A stretch of 64,000 nt of DNA from an uncultured delta proteobacterium (GTDB lineage: Bacteria > Desulfobacterota > Desulfomonilia > Desulfomonilales > Desulfomonilaceae): assembly GCA_963789265.1 (NCBI GenBank), contig CAWBKB010000001.1:1728001-1792000 (forward strand), written 5' to 3'. The position numbers and the translations under genes are program-made. Of this stretch, positions 30,827 through 39,235 are shown piece by piece. Under the pieces are notes generated by a model. It made no database searches, was not told where the DNA came from, and was given only the letters and a program-made list of their open reading frames with translations. Every line of letters starts with the position of its first letter. Position 1 is the stretch's first letter.

Positions 30827-30856
30827 GATTGTAAGGAATTATTGACCGCAAGGATG

Positions 30857-31249
30857 CTATTCGACTTTTAGGCTCAACTCAGGTTGGATCTTGAATGTCT
30901 TGGAAATCGTGCATCCTTTGGCAATTGCGGTAAAACCTTTGGTCTTCTCTCCCAGTTGGCTGACCACATTTCGGATGGTCACATCAATTCTCGAGATCCT
31001 ATCAGGCTTCTCCTCGTACTCCCATGACACTTCCGCTTCGATGTCACGCAACTCCATCTTGTGGCGTCGAGCGGCCCAGACTACACCCGTAAGCACCTGG
31101 CAGGATGCCAAGGCAGTCGCGGTCAATTCCGAGGGATTAGGGCCTGAATCCTCACCTCCGAACTTTTCCTTCAGATCCACGATAAAGCTCCATCTCTCGG
31201 AGATGACTTCCATTTTTCTGGGTCCGATTTGTCTGAGCTTAAGATTCAT
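30857..31249 (-). CDS. OsmC family protein
   Basis: GGEDSGPNPSEL...LASC and GCTIS cysteines. Confidence 0.85.
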   Translation of the reverse strand: MNLKLRQIGPRKMEVISERWSFIVDLKEKFGGEDSGPNPSELTATALASCQVLTGVVWAARRHKMELRDIEAEVSWEYEEKPDRISRIDVTIRNVVSQLGEKTKGFTAIAKGCTISKTFKIQPELSLKVE

Positions 31250-31418
31250 CTGTGCTTCCTTCAAATGGATCACGGATCTGACAAAGCCTAGATCCGTGGG
31301 ACCCAAGATCTGACGTTGGCCGTATGCTGGGTGCCACTGACCTGGCCCCGAGGATTGCCGCCAGGTCAGTGCTGGTTTAGCAACCAATCGAGGTTCCATG
31401 ATTGAGAGCGAACCGCTG

Positions 31419-31913
31419 TCATAGTCTGCCGCCGGGAAAGAGTTCCAAAGCCCTTTCCAGGTCCGAGACCCTGAAGATAAAAAGAGCAGATTCGCTGTCC
31501 GAAAAACCCGATCCATAGGTATAGGAAATATTTATCCCTGCATCGCCTAATTTCCGTGAGACCTTGTTCAGTATTCCTGGCTTATTTTCCAAAACAAGTC
31601 CTATGACGTCGTGCATCTTAACTTGATACCCGCTCTTAGCCAAGACCTCCACGGCTTTGTCCGGATTGTCCGTGATTAGGCGGATCATCGAGTACTTAGC
31701 TGATTCCTTCAGTATTGCCTCGTAGTAATCCCGAGGCGCGACCCGTCGTCCAGTATGACTCCGGACATCGTAGAGAGCCAGAAGGTACTCATTCGCATCC
31801 TGGATGCTCATGGCCTCGATATTGACGTGTTCGTCCTTGAGAAGGGCCGTGAGTTTGGCCAGTTCTCCAGGCGCGTCCGCGAGCATTACTTCTAGCTGTC
31901 GTTTCACAGGCAT
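31419..31913 (-). CDS. Tandem ACT domain protein
   Basis: DAPGELAKL..NIEA and NKPGIL..INISYTY. Confidence 0.85.
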   Translation of the reverse strand: MPVKRQLEVMLADAPGELAKLTALLKDEHVNIEAMSIQDANEYLLALYDVRSHTGRRVAPRDYYEAILKESAKYSMIRLITDNPDKAVEVLAKSGYQVKMHDVIGLVLENKPGILNKVSRKLGDAGINISYTYGSGFSDSESALFIFRVSDLERALELFPGGRL

Positions 31914-31990
31914 AGCTCTCTCCACGCGATAGCTTTTCCCAACCGGTACATGATTATGCCTCAAGTCCCGACAAACGGGCAAGAAAATCT

Positions 31991-32123
31991 GTAACCATTC
32001 AATCTCGTGGGGCGGTCCCGCGAGGCGCGGGACTGCTTGGCGGAGAAACTCCTGTTTAATGGCGGGCTAGAAAGCCCACCCCACGAAGCCATCCGCAAAT
32101 TCCGGCTGTAACTGAATGCATAC
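31991..32123. mobile_element. Degenerate MITE with GTAACCATTCA-type ends
   Basis: GTAACCATTCA...TGAATGCATAC, with internal CCCGCGAGGCGCGGG palindrome. Confidence 0.55.
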
Positions 32124-32131
32124 ATCTAAAC

Positions 32132-32278
32132 GGAACCATTCACTTACGCGGGGATTTTTCTGCCCCTTGTCATTGCGAGGAGTGAAACGACGAAGCAATC
32201 TAAGCGGCGTTCAAAGGAAAAGATTGCTTCGCTTTGCTCGCAATGACAATCTCTTGCCGCGCGTAAGTGAATGGTTAC
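32132..32278. mobile_element. MITE carrying a GTCATTGCGAG-type REP pair
   Basis: TIR AACCATTCACTTACGCG/CGCGTAAGTGAATGGTT; flanks ATCTAAAC/ATCGAAAC (7/8 target duplication). Confidence 0.8.
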
Positions 32279-32602
32279 ATCGAAACCGACTTTTTCCTTG
32301 ACTTGTCCAAATCCGTAGTTAAACTGACCAAGCGCGGAACGATTTCGCTTTGAAGGAGATTGGAAGTCAAGGAAATGAACGATTCTGACGGCCCTAGTTG
32401 TTGCAAGACAACGAGACCAAGGATGTTGGACATCAAGAAACAAAACCAAGGACCCCGCGGAAAAGTCCGGCGGCAATTGAGGTGACCCGTCCTTTAGTGT
32501 GATCCCCGTTCGCCTCCAGCCGCATCGGACTGCGGTCCCCACCTGAGAGGCGAAACTAATAAACGCGTAAAACCAACAAACTTTCGCTAGAGATGGTTCA
32601 GA

Positions 32603-32660
32603 GTCATGATCGGCCGGTCGAATGTGGCTAGGTCCGCTTTCCGATTGGCCGATCTGTGAC
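32603..32660 (+). promoter_or_regulatory. Long stem-loop in the leader of the Mg2+-transport genes
   Basis: GTCA-T-GATCGGCCGGTCG...CGATTGGCCGATC-TG-TGAC. Confidence 0.45.
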
Positions 32661-32714
32661 TTCCAGAAGTCCTAAAGAGACCGTCCTACTGGCAGCCTTT
32701 ATCGGAGTGACGGC

Positions 32715-33977
32715 TTGGAAACTGCTCAATTTCACACATATTATCTTAGCGGCTTGCTCGCTACGAGAGTCCTCTCCGCCGAAGGGAAAGTCCTCGGTAA
32801 GACTCTGGATTTGCTGGTAGACTTGGATCGGCCGCAACCCGAAGTGGTGAAGCTTGTCTATCGCCATTCCTGGTCCAGAGAACGCTGGTGCGGCAACTGG
32901 ACTGACGTCGAATTGGTAGAGCCTCGAGGGATCAGGCTGAAGGCCGGTGCCATTCCAAAGCCCCTGGCCGACGGGTCATTCCCATCTTCCCAGATTCTTT
33001 TGAGGGATTTCCTTTTGGATAAACAGATAGTGGACGTTCATGGGGCTAAGCTCGAACGGGTGAACGATCTTCAGTTTGTCGGCTCCAATGGAAAGCTTAT
33101 GCTGACGCAAGTGGATGTCGGCCTCAGGGGCCTCTTGCGCCGTCTAGGATTTGAAAACGCCGTCATGCGGTTTACCGAATGGTTTTTCGATTACACGCCC
33201 AAGGAAAAGTTTATCGCCTGGAATTACGTGCAGCCACTGGCCGATAGGGATCGCCTCAGGTTGCAGATTCCTCAGGGCAGTCTTCCTCAGCTTCATCCAG
33301 CCGATCTTGCCGACATTATCGAAGACATGGATGTTCACGAGCGGGCTGCTGTGGTCGAGTCTCTCAATGAAGAGGTCCTTGCCGACGCGTTGGAAGAAAT
33401 GGACCCAAAGGTTCAAGTCTCAATAATGAGAGGGCTTGAGCCCGAAAAGGCCGCGGATATTCTGGAAGAAATGTCTCCGGACGACGCCGCGGACCTTATC
33501 GCCGATCTCCCCACCGATACCGTTAAGGGAATTTTCCAAGAGATGGACGGCCAGTACCAGGAGACTGTCAAAGGCTTACTGGCCCATGAGGAAGATGAGG
33601 CTGGCGGTCTGATGACCACTCAATTTATCGCGCTCCCCCCTGACAATACTATTGTGGACGCGCTTGCCGCCGTGAAACAAAATGCAGACAAGACGGATGT
33701 AATCTATTACATCTACGTAGTAGATCAGCGCTCCAGCCTCCTTGGTGTAATAAATCTGAGAGAACTCCTTTCTCATGAGATCTTCACCCCCCTTGAGAGA
33801 ATAATGACGACCAGGTTGATCACGGCCAAAATCGATGATGAGGCCGCTGACCTGGCGGACCTGTTCGTCAAGTACGGTTTCCGAGCGATTCCGGTGGTCG
33901 ATGACGAAAACCGGATCCAAGGAGTAATTCGATTTAAAGCCTTGATGGACATCGTCGCTCCGCATCTTGGCAAGTGA
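32715..33977 (+). CDS. MgtE intracellular-domain protein (PRC-barrel, MgtE_N, CBS pair; no TM domain)
   Basis: LLDKQIVD, LHPADLADI, MSPDDAADL, AGGLMT, CBS pair; ends without membrane helices. Confidence 0.9.
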   Translation: METAQFHTYYLSGLLATRVLSAEGKVLGKTLDLLVDLDRPQPEVVKLVYRHSWSRERWCGNWTDVELVEPRGIRLKAGAIPKPLADGSFPSSQILLRDFLLDKQIVDVHGAKLERVNDLQFVGSNGKLMLTQVDVGLRGLLRRLGFENAVMRFTEWFFDYTPKEKFIAWNYVQPLADRDRLRLQIPQGSLPQLHPADLADIIEDMDVHERAAVVESLNEEVLADALEEMDPKVQVSIMRGLEPEKAADILEEMSPDDAADLIADLPTDTVKGIFQEMDGQYQETVKGLLAHEEDEAGGLMTTQFIALPPDNTIVDALAAVKQNADKTDVIYYIYVVDQRSSLLGVINLRELLSHEIFTPLERIMTTRLITAKIDDEAADLADLFVKYGFRAIPVVDDENRIQGVIRFKALMDIVAPHLGK

Positions 33978-33993
33978 TTCTGGAGAGTAAACA

Positions 33994-35274
33994 GTGTCGA
34001 ACGAAATCGCCAACTCGAGTAACGCCAAAGGACAAGGATACTTCGGGCGACGAATGATAGCCTTGTGGGGTGTGCTCATCCTGCTCGGACCAGGTATTAT
34101 CACGTCCAACGTGGATAATGATGCCGGCGGAATTACAACTTATTCTCTTGCCGGCGCTCAATTTGGCCTGACCCTGCTCTGGTCGCTGATTCCGATCGCG
34201 ATTATTCTTCTAATCGTTCAAGAAATGGGCGCCAGGATGGGAGTGGTCTCCGGCAAGGGGCTATCGGACTTGATTCGGGAACGTTTTGGGGCCAAACATA
34301 CCTTCTACCTGATGATTCTGCTGGTCCTCACGAACCTGGCGAATACTCTGGCAGAATTTGCAGGGATCGCCGCCTCCCTGGAGATCTTCGGCCTTTCCCG
34401 TTACATCACTATTCCTCTGAGTATCCTCTTCCTCATGTGGCTCGCGGTCAAAGGATCATACAGGTCGGTTGAAAAGGTCTTTCTCACTGCCTGCGTCTTT
34501 TATGTATCGTATATAGCCGCCGGTTTTCTGGTTCGACCGGACTGGTTTCACGTAGTCAGGGCTGTGGCTGTCCCGACTTTCAGGACCGATTCCGCTTTTC
34601 TGGTCATGCTCGTGGGGCTGGTGGGTACCACAATTGCCCCATGGCAGCAATTCTATCTTCAGGCCTCAATCGTGGACAAAGGCTTGATGGCAAAAGACAT
34701 AAGGGTCGCTCGTATAGATGTCATCGCAGGCTCAATACTCGTGAACGTGGTGGCTTTCTTCATCATTCTCGCCTGTGCGGCCACACTCTTCAAAGCCGGC
34801 GTTAAGATCGAGACCGCGAAAGATGCTGCGCTCGCCTTAAGGCCGTTAGCAGGACCTTACTGCACTTGGCTTTTCGCCTTCGGTCTTTTTAATGCCTCGA
34901 TGTTTTCGGCGGCGATTCTGCCATTGTCGACTGCATACACTGTTTGCGAAGCTTTTGGCTGGGAGTCCAGTCTGGATAAGAAGTTCTCGGAAGCTCCTCA
35001 ATTTTATGGCCTCTACTGTTTCACGATTTTTTTCTCGGGTCTGGTAATCCTGATCCCCACCCTACCCCTTGTCCCGATCATGTTTATTTCTCAGGTCATT
35101 AACGGTCTCGTGCTCCCTGTGGTCCTGGTTTTTATGCTACTGCTGATTAACGACTCTTCAATAATGGGGGACCACACGAACGGGTTTTTTCTGAATCTTG
35201 TGTCATGGTCCGTGGTGATCATGCTCGCGGTTTTGAGCATTGTCATGATCTTTTCCGGGTTTTCGCCGGCTTGA
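33994..35274 (+). CDS. NRAMP-family divalent metal transporter (Mg2+-type variant)
   Basis: GPGIIT..DNDAGG in place of DPGN; TM6 GTTIAPW; polytopic membrane protein. Confidence 0.88.
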   Translation: MSNEIANSSNAKGQGYFGRRMIALWGVLILLGPGIITSNVDNDAGGITTYSLAGAQFGLTLLWSLIPIAIILLIVQEMGARMGVVSGKGLSDLIRERFGAKHTFYLMILLVLTNLANTLAEFAGIAASLEIFGLSRYITIPLSILFLMWLAVKGSYRSVEKVFLTACVFYVSYIAAGFLVRPDWFHVVRAVAVPTFRTDSAFLVMLVGLVGTTIAPWQQFYLQASIVDKGLMAKDIRVARIDVIAGSILVNVVAFFIILACAATLFKAGVKIETAKDAALALRPLAGPYCTWLFAFGLFNASMFSAAILPLSTAYTVCEAFGWESSLDKKFSEAPQFYGLYCFTIFFSGLVILIPTLPLVPIMFISQVINGLVLPVVLVFMLLLINDSSIMGDHTNGFFLNLVSWSVVIMLAVLSIVMIFSGFSPA

Positions 35275-35574
35275 GACCGAATTAGCGAATGTGCTACTCA
35301 ATGGCCCTCTTGGCCTCGATCGCAGCCAAATTTGTCACGGGGGGGGCGGGTAAGTGCTTGGGAAGTCATAAGGCAGCCTTTCTCGCACACACACAGAAAA
35401 TGGACTTGACAGATTCATCACGTTTTGTTAGCCTCGTCTACTACTAGGCGACTTGTCTGTCAATGTCTGATCGTCGTAAACAAGGAAGGGGTCCGTCATG
35501 ATGCCTGTGGCCGGGACCCTCTTCTGGTAGGATCGGCCTCAACGCCGGTTGTTTATGAAACGCCTGCAGGGAGG

Positions 35575-35780
35575 AACTGTCTCAAAATTCTTGAACTGGA
35601 CGCAACCGTAACACGAAATTCCCTCACCCTGACCCTCTCCCAATGGGCGAGAGGACGCTAACAGAGACCTTGGATCAGCTCCCTCTCCTTCTGGGAGAGG
35701 GCTGGGGTGAGGGCGCTGAAAATGCTGACCAGGCCTAATCGTGGCACGATTCTGGGCATCATATTCGTTTTGAGACAGTT
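35575..35780. mobile_element. MITE with AACTGTCTCAAAA terminal inverted repeats
   Basis: Perfect 13-bp TIR; internal CCCTCACCC..CTCTCCC/GGGAGAGGG..GTGAGGG pair; inverted homologue at 45718-45925. Confidence 0.8.
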
Positions 35781-35956
35781 TGCGGACTCCGGCGCTACCG
35801 GACAAGTGGCACCGTACTTAGTAAATTGAGCACTGGGTTCGACTTTGATGCTATTTCTACAAGTTGTATGTTTGAGTTGCCACGATCACACGAATCGTGC
35901 TACGATAGTGCGTCCTTTTGACAGTTTTTGGTTCTAATGCAATGGGAGGATGGATC

Positions 35957-37657
35957 ATGCGGAGGCTCACGCGCTGGATTTTATTCGCTGTTTGCGGAGT
36001 CTGGACGGTCTTTTTTGCTCCGTGCGCATTTGGATGGGAATTCGACTTGGGCGTATCCTTTAATTGGATTTACGAATGGTATGATCAGCAGGGTCATAGC
36101 GGTTTTTTCGGACCATATAATGTCGACAACGGCCCCGGTAATACGGCAAATCTTAACTTTTGGAACGGCGCGCAGTTTGACACCAACACGACCACCGGCG
36201 CGAGTGCAGGATGGTCTTACTTCTACGTGGAATTCCTGCCGAAATTTAGGGTGAACCCGGCAATCAAGTTTGAGGGCAAATATCGGCTCGCCACCTGGGG
36301 CAGTCTGATAAACAACTTCTACCATACACAGGACGCGCCCGGGGTGAACACGGCATTCACCGACGGGCAGTGGACCATGTTCTGGGTTACCGCGCAAACT
36401 CCCTGGGGTATCTTTGGGATCGGGAAAAGGCCGTGGGAATTCGGAACCGGCCTCCAGTACGACATGGATGGACTTTCGACTGAATCCATGGTTCTTGTGA
36501 TTCCGTATGGGCCTCTGGACATCGGGATCGGCTACTATCCATACAGGTTCGTTGGAACTTCAAGTATTCCGGAGTTAGCTCCCTTGGGAGATCCGTTCGA
36601 TTTGATAACGGTGACACCTGGGGTCAGAAGACAGTATTTTAGTCGTGCAGACAAAAGCGGGAGCACATCAACCGACGTTTTGGCTTTCTTAACTTACTCC
36701 AGCGGGCCTCTTCAAGCGGGAGTTATCGGAAACTACGGCACCTTCCATATAGGTCCGGAAGCCCCGCTGGAGGTGGCTGCAGCACAACCGGTGGGTCAAG
36801 ACTCGGAGTATTGCCACGGGTCGATCTTTTCAAAATATAATAACGGCCGATTCTTCTTCAACGCTGAAGCAGCCTGGGTATATTGGACCGACCGGTATTC
36901 AGATCCAACCGGACTTTTTGTCACGAACGGCATTCATGCCACCACAAGATACATCGAGCAGTGGCGGTACATGGTTGAGTTGGGATGCTTTGCAGGCCCT
37001 GCAAAGGTCAGCTTTTTGTACGGCATGGCTCCCGGTCCGGATCGTAGGAATGGTACCTTCATTGACAGGCAGCCCGCAGCTTTTGTATGGCATCCCACTT
37101 TTGATGCTTACCTCGGCAATTTCAGTGTGTTCCGGCCCTACGCGTATCTCATCGGTTACGACTATGGATCCGGGCTGAATGCGTACAATCTCTCACGCGA
37201 TGGTTACATTAGAGATGCCTCGGTCTTAGCTACCCGAATCGATTATGCTGTGGCCGCTAATCTCAACGTCTTTGGGACATTTGCCTGGGCTGAAAGGACA
37301 TCCAATGGCTATAGCTGGGGCTGTATCGGCCCCAACGCCGGAGGCGGAAATTTTCCCGCTCCGTTAGATGGCGACATAAACTTCAACTTTAATCGCTATC
37401 CCGCGTCGCCAAACATTCCCGACCGCGGCCTTGGTTATGAGATCGACACGGGTTTCGCCTGGAGACTCCTTGAGGGGTTCGATGCCGGTATGATGTTCGC
37501 GTACTGGCAGCCTGGGAAATGGTTCAACTACGCGTGCATCGACAGATCGGTCGCTGGTTGGCAGGCTGGGACGGCCGGGAATTTTTTTGGTACGAGGCCG
37601 GGAAGGAGCATTGACCCGGTAATTGGCGGACAGTTCACCTTGATGATTTCCTTTTAG
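35957..37657 (+). CDS. Probable outer-membrane beta-barrel protein
   Basis: Signal peptide, alternating aromatic strands, C-terminal Phe (GGQFTLMISF); RBS GGGAGG. Confidence 0.7.
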   Translation: MRRLTRWILFAVCGVWTVFFAPCAFGWEFDLGVSFNWIYEWYDQQGHSGFFGPYNVDNGPGNTANLNFWNGAQFDTNTTTGASAGWSYFYVEFLPKFRVNPAIKFEGKYRLATWGSLINNFYHTQDAPGVNTAFTDGQWTMFWVTAQTPWGIFGIGKRPWEFGTGLQYDMDGLSTESMVLVIPYGPLDIGIGYYPYRFVGTSSIPELAPLGDPFDLITVTPGVRRQYFSRADKSGSTSTDVLAFLTYSSGPLQAGVIGNYGTFHIGPEAPLEVAAAQPVGQDSEYCHGSIFSKYNNGRFFFNAEAAWVYWTDRYSDPTGLFVTNGIHATTRYIEQWRYMVELGCFAGPAKVSFLYGMAPGPDRRNGTFIDRQPAAFVWHPTFDAYLGNFSVFRPYAYLIGYDYGSGLNAYNLSRDGYIRDASVLATRIDYAVAANLNVFGTFAWAERTSNGYSWGCIGPNAGGGNFPAPLDGDINFNFNRYPASPNIPDRGLGYEIDTGFAWRLLEGFDAGMMFAYWQPGKWFNYACIDRSVAGWQAGTAGNFFGTRPGRSIDPVIGGQFTLMISF

Positions 37658-37692
37658 TCAATCCCCCTCTGCCAATCGACGGAAAATTCAGC

Positions 37693-38064
37693 ATGAGAAC
37701 ATCTACAATTTTGGTCGTGTGCATAGCCGCGATGACAGCAGCGTACGGTTTGGTAATTCCGGCTCCATTCAACTTGCATCCGAGCCGATATTCGTACGAC
37801 AAGTTTTATGGAATCGAACCGACTATCGCATGGTCTGCAGAGAATCGAACTCCTGCCCTGACTGAGGAAATGCCTGCACCGCGCACGGAAACATCACTCC
37901 CCTTCCCCACTCTGACCGCAGCTAGCGATAACAGTGGCGACGCGGAAGCCAACGACGGAAACGGCGACATAAAGAAAGACAGCGAGAAAGCGGACAAGAA
38001 AGGCGAAGACGCAGGGGACGAAGGGGGCTGGGATCGACTTTGGGATGTGCCAAAGCTCGGATGA
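37693..38064 (+). CDS. Hypothetical exported/membrane-anchored protein
   Basis: Hydrophobic N-terminus, acidic low-complexity C-terminal half. Confidence 0.55.
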   Translation: MRTSTILVVCIAAMTAAYGLVIPAPFNLHPSRYSYDKFYGIEPTIAWSAENRTPALTEEMPAPRTETSLPFPTLTAASDNSGDAEANDGNGDIKKDSEKADKKGEDAGDEGGWDRLWDVPKLG

Positions 38065-38073
38065 CAAGATAGT

Positions 38074-38260
38074 GCACCGCGGAGGACGCAAAGATTGCTG
38101 AGTTTTCAGTTTTCTCCACCCCTCCACGGTCGGCACGGCCAAATGTAGCCAGCGATAGTGAGATCAATTCCGGCCTACTGGGGTGAATTATCTGCGTTTT
38201 AGGCCCATACCGCGTTTCACGGAACGGTTATCCCGCGCGGACCGCTGGATTGATTGCCGG
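38074..38260 (+). repeat. Dispersed ~100-230 bp degenerate repeat, copy 1
   Basis: Shares CAATTCCGGCC and ACGGTTATCCCGC..GGATTGATTGC with 44863-45087; the latter block is also at 41230-41344. Confidence 0.7.
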
Positions 38261-38389
38261 CGAGGCGTTCCTTCTTTCTTCCTAGTGCGGGGGGCAGAAG
38301 ACTCACAATCCAACAACTACCTTTGCGAATTATAAGGCATTAATAGTAAAACATAACAATAAGATATTTTGATTTCTTAAAGTATTTTC

Positions 38390-38418
38390 TTGACTTTTAA
38401 TCCTGCTTCTCCTATAGT
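38390..38418 (+). promoter_or_regulatory. Sigma70 promoter
   Basis: TTGACT-17 nt-TATAGT, with AT-rich upstream region. Confidence 0.7.
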
Positions 38419-38424
38419 CCCGAA

Positions 38425-38562
38425 CTGTGAGATGGCCGTTTGGTGAAAGCCGATGGCTGTCTTACTAGACCTCTCACCCTGGATGGACACCCTCCCTCCC
38501 CCATAACCCCCCCATCCAGGGCCCAGAGGTCATTTCAATCATTGGGCTTCTCTTCAAGCCCG
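38425..38562 (+). ncRNA. Putative small RNA or structured leader with C-rich loop
   Basis: GAAA-capped hairpin, then a GACCTCT/CCCTGGATGG stem presenting a CCCUCCCUCCCCC loop, then a GGGCTT/AAGCCC hairpin; starts at the predicted +1. Confidence 0.5.
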
Positions 38563-38851
38563 TACTCTTGTGTCTGGGTGGCGGTCGCCGATGCGGCCGC
38601 CATCGGCGCGTCGGGACGACGGATCGGTCCAATCCCGATCTCCAGCTAATTAGAGACTCTGCCAATGCTCCATCAAGCGAGTGACAATCCCAAGACAGGA
38701 TGTGGTGCGGCAGGCACCGTGCCAGCGTACGCTGGCATGACGACAGACTGAAAGTGTGCCTGCCTTGCCAAGTTGTATTGTCAGAATTGGAGAGTCTGTG
38801 ATACGTAGTTCTTGTTTGCGAGCTTGACGAAACAACTCGAGGGGGCCTGAT

Positions 38852-38941
38852 ATGCGAGATATTCTGTCGCGGTTGATAGTGGCCCTTTTTCTTATTGCAT
38901 GCGTCTTGTTTCTTCGCTGGATCGGTTCGGTCTATCCGTAG
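38852..38941 (+). CDS. 29-aa hydrophobic single-TM peptide
   Basis: RBS GAGGGGG; MRDILSRLIVALFLIACVLFLRWIGSVYP*; below the ORF-track length cutoff. Confidence 0.55.
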   Translation: MRDILSRLIVALFLIACVLFLRWIGSVYP

Positions 38942-39180
38942 AGTGCTGCGGGGGCCGAGTGATTTCGGGCAATACTCCACCGCTGAGAATTTTGTTTTCG
39001 ATGCACGTCTATCCGGTGGACCACACCAAATTCTGCTCTGCGACAGTCAAGGCTACACCGGCTTGGCGATACGCTCTGATGACTCGGACCAGTGCGCCAT
39101 CAAGCAAGTGACAATCCCCGCGAGGCTATGGTGGGGCATCCCGCGTTCCGCGGGATCACCCCGGACTTCGATCCGGGGAT

Positions 39181-39235
39181 GTAGGGGCCGACCTTGTGTC
39201 TGCCCTCTTTCGGGCACCCACGAGAGGTGCCCCTA
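39181..39235. repeat. Inverted pair of GTAG-type REPs (second one interrupted by the intron)
   Basis: GTAGGGGCCGACCTTGTGTCTGCCC, then GGGCACCCACGAGAGGTGCCCCTA|C, with the final C found after the intron at 41131. Confidence 0.75.

Noticed and set aside
32370..32714. M-box (ykoK) riboswitch upstream of the MgtE-like gene
   Set aside because: I could not find the M-box conserved sequence blocks; only a generic long hairpin is visible. An Rfam search would settle it.
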